Shown in pieces: positions 62,250-64,000 of a DNA stretch of 64,000 nt (its first letter is position 1; each line of letters opens with the position of its first letter). Source of the DNA: Candidatus Latescibacterota bacterium (GTDB taxonomy: Bacteria > Latescibacterota > UBA2968 > GCA-2709665); the NCBI GenBank assembly GCA_965219455.1, contig OZ244744.1, positions 2,976,001 through 3,040,000 on the forward strand, given 5' to 3'. Both the position numbers and the translations under genes were made by a program. Under the pieces are notes generated by a model, which saw only the letters and a list, made by a program, of their open reading frames with translations, ran no database searches and was not told the DNA's origin.

Positions 62250-64000
62250 ATGATCGCGGATCACCTCACCGGCATAGAGCAGTTCGAGGCGGACCTCTGG
62301 AAAGTCGCGGATAACCTGCGGGCGAATTCAAACCTCGCCTCGAATGAGTATTTCATGCCCATACTGGGCTTGATTTTTCTGCGGCACGCGACAAACCGTT
62401 ACTACGAGGCGATGGCTGCGATCGAACAGGACATAGCTGCAGACAGGATGCCGGAGCGCCCGCTGATCAAGGACGATTTTACACGGCGTCGTGCACTGAT
62501 GTTGCCCGAAGTGGCTCGCTATGACGTTTTGCTCGAGATGACAAAGGACGGCAGACTCGGTACCGCCGTGACCGCTGCCATGGAAGCCGTTGAAGACGAT
62601 TTCCCGCCGCTCGCGGGCCAACTTCCGAAGGACTACGAGCGCTTCGAGGACGATGTTCTGGAAGAGATGATGCGGACCTTCCATTCGGAGGCGCTGCGTA
62701 CTGCCTCGGGCGATGTGTTTGGCCGTATCTACGAATACTTCCTCGCGGAGTTCTCCAAGCAGGGCGCACACGACAACGGCGAGTTCTTTACCCCGCCATC
62801 GATCGTCCAGACCATCGTCAACGTCATCGAGCCCGATCATGGCGTCATCATCGACCCCGCCTGCGGATCGGCTGGGATGTTTGTGCAATCGAGCCATTTC
62901 ATCGAGGACGAGGGCGAGGACACGATGAAGCGGGTAACGTTTTACGGTCACGAGAAAAACGAGACCACCGCGAGATTAGCCCAGATCAACCTCGCCGTTC
63001 ATGGGCTGCAGGGCAGCATCCGGGCCGGAAACGAAGCCATCACCTACTACAAGGACCCACACGAACTCGCCGGCAAATGCGACTTCGTCATGGCCAATCC
63101 TCCCTTCAACGTGGACGAAGTGGACGCCGAGAAGGTCAAGGGCGACAAGCGCCTGCCCTTCGGCCTGCCCGGCGTCAACAAGGCGAAGAAGGTTTCCAAC
63201 GCCAATTACTTGTGGATCTCTTATTTCTACAGCTACCTGAACGAGACCGGCCGGGCCGGGGTCGTCATGTCGTCGCAGGCCTCCAGCGCCGGACGAGGCG
63301 AGGCCAAGGTGCGCCAGAAGCTGGTCGAGACCGGCGCCGTTGACGTGATGATCGATATCCGCGGTAACTTTTTCTACACCCGCACCGTGCCCTGTCAGCT
63401 CTGGTGTTTCGACCGCTCGAAGGAGCAAGACCCCGATCGGGCCGATCGCGTCCTGATGCTCGATGCGCGCAATATCTATCGGGAGGTCTCGCGTGCCATC
63501 TTCGACTTCTCGCCCGAGCAGCAGAAGAACATCGCCGCCATCGTCTGGCTCTATCGCGGCCATTCGGATCGCTTCCTCAAGCTCGTGGAGAGTTACCTCG
63601 CTCAAGCCATCGCGGAAGGAAAGGCTACCGACGAACCGCTCGCGGAATTTGAGGACGCTCTATGTAAGCTGATCCATCTGGCCGAACCATTTGCAAACGA
63701 GAAGCACGATGCCGACCCGCTGGTCGAGACCTGGGAGGAGCTCACCTCCGTACAGTCGAATCTGTCAGAACACATCAATGAGTTTGCGGCCGAAGTCACC
63801 AAGCGAGCCGCAAACTGGAACGAAGGCGGGAGCGGCGAGACGCGGGACAATGCCGCCATTCATACGGCGCGTGAAGGCCTGCGCGGGGTGTTCGAACGCT
63901 GCCGGGACCTGACCAAGCAGATCGATCTGGCGACGAAGTTGGCCGGTCGGGCGGTCGATGTCGCGATGAAGGAACTTGGGGCGCCGGAATCGGACCTATG
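62250..64000 (+). CDS. hsdM: Type I RM methyltransferase subunit, partial (runs off window end)
   Basis: MIADHLTGIEQFEADLWKVADNLRANS; GEFFTP, DPACGSAGMF, ANPPFN. Confidence 0.92.
   Translation, partial: MIADHLTGIEQFEADLWKVADNLRANSNLASNEYFMPILGLIFLRHATNRYYEAMAAIEQDIAADRMPERPLIKDDFTRRRALMLPEVARYDVLLEMTKDGRLGTAVTAAMEAVEDDFPPLAGQLPKDYERFEDDVLEEMMRTFHSEALRTASGDVFGRIYEYFLAEFSKQGAHDNGEFFTPPSIVQTIVNVIEPDHGVIIDPACGSAGMFVQSSHFIEDEGEDTMKRVTFYGHEKNETTARLAQINLAVHGLQGSIRAGNEAITYYKDPHELAGKCDFVMANPPFNVDEVDAEKVKGDKRLPFGLPGVNKAKKVSNANYLWISYFYSYLNETGRAGVVMSSQASSAGRGEAKVRQKLVETGAVDVMIDIRGNFFYTRTVPCQLWCFDRSKEQDPDRADRVLMLDARNIYREVSRAIFDFSPEQQKNIAAIVWLYRGHSDRFLKLVESYLAQAIAEGKATDEPLAEFEDALCKLIHLAEPFANEKHDADPLVETWEELTSVQSNLSEHINEFAAEVTKRAANWNEGGSGETRDNAAIHTAREGLRGVFERCRDLTKQIDLATKLAGRAVDVAMKELGAPESDL

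Overview
Bacterial genomic window, high GC in its core genes. A fragment resembling Sup-type PKS, a PhyH gene and dense RM/TA/Fic cargo suggest a marine sponge-associated diderm (inference). (1) 1-9.8 kb: a type III restriction-modification locus whose mod and res genes are separated by about 4.7 kb of cargo. The cargo is a Panacea/SocA-like protein coupled to a stand-alone proteasome-beta-like Thr1 Ntn protease behind a promoter overlapped by a GAAC-N4-GTTC palindrome, plus two Fic proteins and a degenerate HepT. (2) 9.9-38.9 kb: a nitroreductase and a co-oriented bioenergetic supercluster of about 28 kb: nuoA-CD-E-F-G-H-J-K-L-M, a full Mrp antiporter module, nuoN, then the F1Fo operon. nuoB and nuoI are absent from it. 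(3) 39-42 kb: metabolic genes. (4) 42-49 kb: a collapsed type I RM defence island with IS3 relics, DUF2971, a DUF1828 pair, hsdS/hsdR remnants, a truncated AAA ATPase, an in-frame QueC-TIR chimera, FitA-VapC and YgjP. (5) 49-59 kb: aldolase, surE, rhodanese, PhyH, isomerase, KS relic, triple-DUF4377 lipoprotein, a HEPN two-gene module and a TonB-dependent receptor. (6) 59.5-64 kb: a hypothetical gene split by a 1.7 kb element with no terminal inverted repeats, hairpin ends and flanking TTAG, followed by the start of hsdM. Family assignments are motif recognition by eye; no database searches were run.
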